A stretch of DNA of 51,837 nt from Vitrella brassicaformis CCMP3155 (Eukaryota; Protista; Chromerida). Below, piece by piece: positions 50,974-51,837 of the stretch; the stretch's first letter is position 1; each line of letters starts with the position of its first letter. The stretch is taken from NCBI GenBank assembly GCA_001179505.1, contig CDMY01000559.1, forward strand, positions 1 through 51,837, in the 5' to 3' direction. Made by a program: the position numbers and the translations under genes. The notes beneath the pieces were generated by a model. The model was not told the origin of the DNA. It saw only the letters and a list, made by a program, of their open reading frames with translations, and ran no database searches.

Positions 50974-51615
50974 CTACTTCTCTGGCCGGTCCTTCATGCC
51001 TCCACCGGTGCCTCGAAACGACTGGAGAGTGTAGCTGCCCTTCCGCAAGGCGATTTGAATCATCTTCGCATAGCTGAGACCACCGACGCGCTTCGCATCC
51101 TGAAAGTGCACTGGAATGAAAGCTGCACTGCCCGAGATCTCCCAATTAAGCCAGCTTTGCCAATGTCGACGGGCACGGGTCAGAAGCATCGGTCCGGAAT
51201 TCTTCCACGCTTGCAGCTGATAGTTCCCCGTCTTGATGATCGTGCCATTGGCGATTAGCCTGCTTCGATGTCGCCGAGATTCGTATCCAGCGATGAAATC
51301 CACGTGCCTCTCTTCCCCGTATTCCAGCAGCGCATCAAACGGACGGACACAGTACGCATCAATATAATGTCGGTAAACACACCTCCGAACCGATGCAGAA
51401 GGAACAAACGCATGGCATCCGAATACAGATGATAATTCTTCGCATGCACGATCGTTTGGAGGTTCGGAGCATCAGCCAGTGCACGTAGCTTTGATCGTCC
51501 CAGAACACATACGTCCAGCTGTTCTCTTCGTGTTTCTTTCGACACTGTTCTGCGGCCTTCCGATCGGTTTCAACTAACGGATTCCCCATGCAATATCTTG
51601 GGCATTTTCATGGTC
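50974..51615 (-). pseudogene. Decayed GT32 (DxD sugar-binding, Och1-like) glycosyltransferase
   Basis: MPKILH followed by a frameshift, SWTYVFWDD, YSDAMRLFLLHRFGGVFTDIILMR, DFIAGYE..LIANGTI, WKNSGPMLLT; small deletions remove parts of conserved motifs. Confidence 0.6.
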
Positions 51616-51837
51616 TTGGAATCCGCGGCTGTCTGGGAATTCTAGACCCCGGCAAGGCCGGGGGATGCACACGACAGCCCTTGCCCGTTTTTCCTTAGTG
51701 CAGAACACGTGCGTGAAATCCATCTAATGAGGGGTATGACGGGCATGTGCAACTGCAGTGCCATGTACGTGTAAACTGCGTGTCTGTGAGCAGACTGGGA
51801 TGGGCGACGTCGAGACACGTTTTGGTTGACGGTGTGG

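Noticed and set aside
51255-51545. ORF listed on the + strand in the track
   Set aside because: The peptide reads from the reverse complement (51255-51257 is TTA), so it is part of the minus-strand GT32 relic.

Overview
Eukaryotic, GC-rich, short-intron genomic DNA with six ~300-N scaffold gaps. Two genes (Alb3/YidC, FabH) carry signal-peptide plus Phe-start transit-peptide leaders, pointing to an organism with a complex red-derived plastid; a chromerid such as Vitrella is my inference, not confirmed. Spliced host genes: GT64 glycosyltransferase (+), Alb3/YidC (-), arylsulfotransferase (+), PDI-like protein (-), AAAP/SLC38-type amino-acid transporter (+), FabH (-), LENG8/Thp3-like SAC3-GANP protein (+), a hypothetical membrane protein, and a decayed GT32 gene (-). 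Between them lie Copia RT/RNase H remnants, duplicated PIF1-helicase remnants (one nested in a short-TIR element), and two families of CRE-like (RT + CCHC + restriction-like endonuclease) non-LTR retrotransposons. Most notable is 39.5-50.1 kb: a tRNA-headed, (ACCT)n-tailed SINE candidate, then a CRE-like element whose single reading frame starts with a RING-like finger and is broken by two in-frame TAG codons, then four more gap-separated copies of only its 3' endonuclease half. Exon boundaries and domain calls come from motif recognition by eye; no database searches were run.
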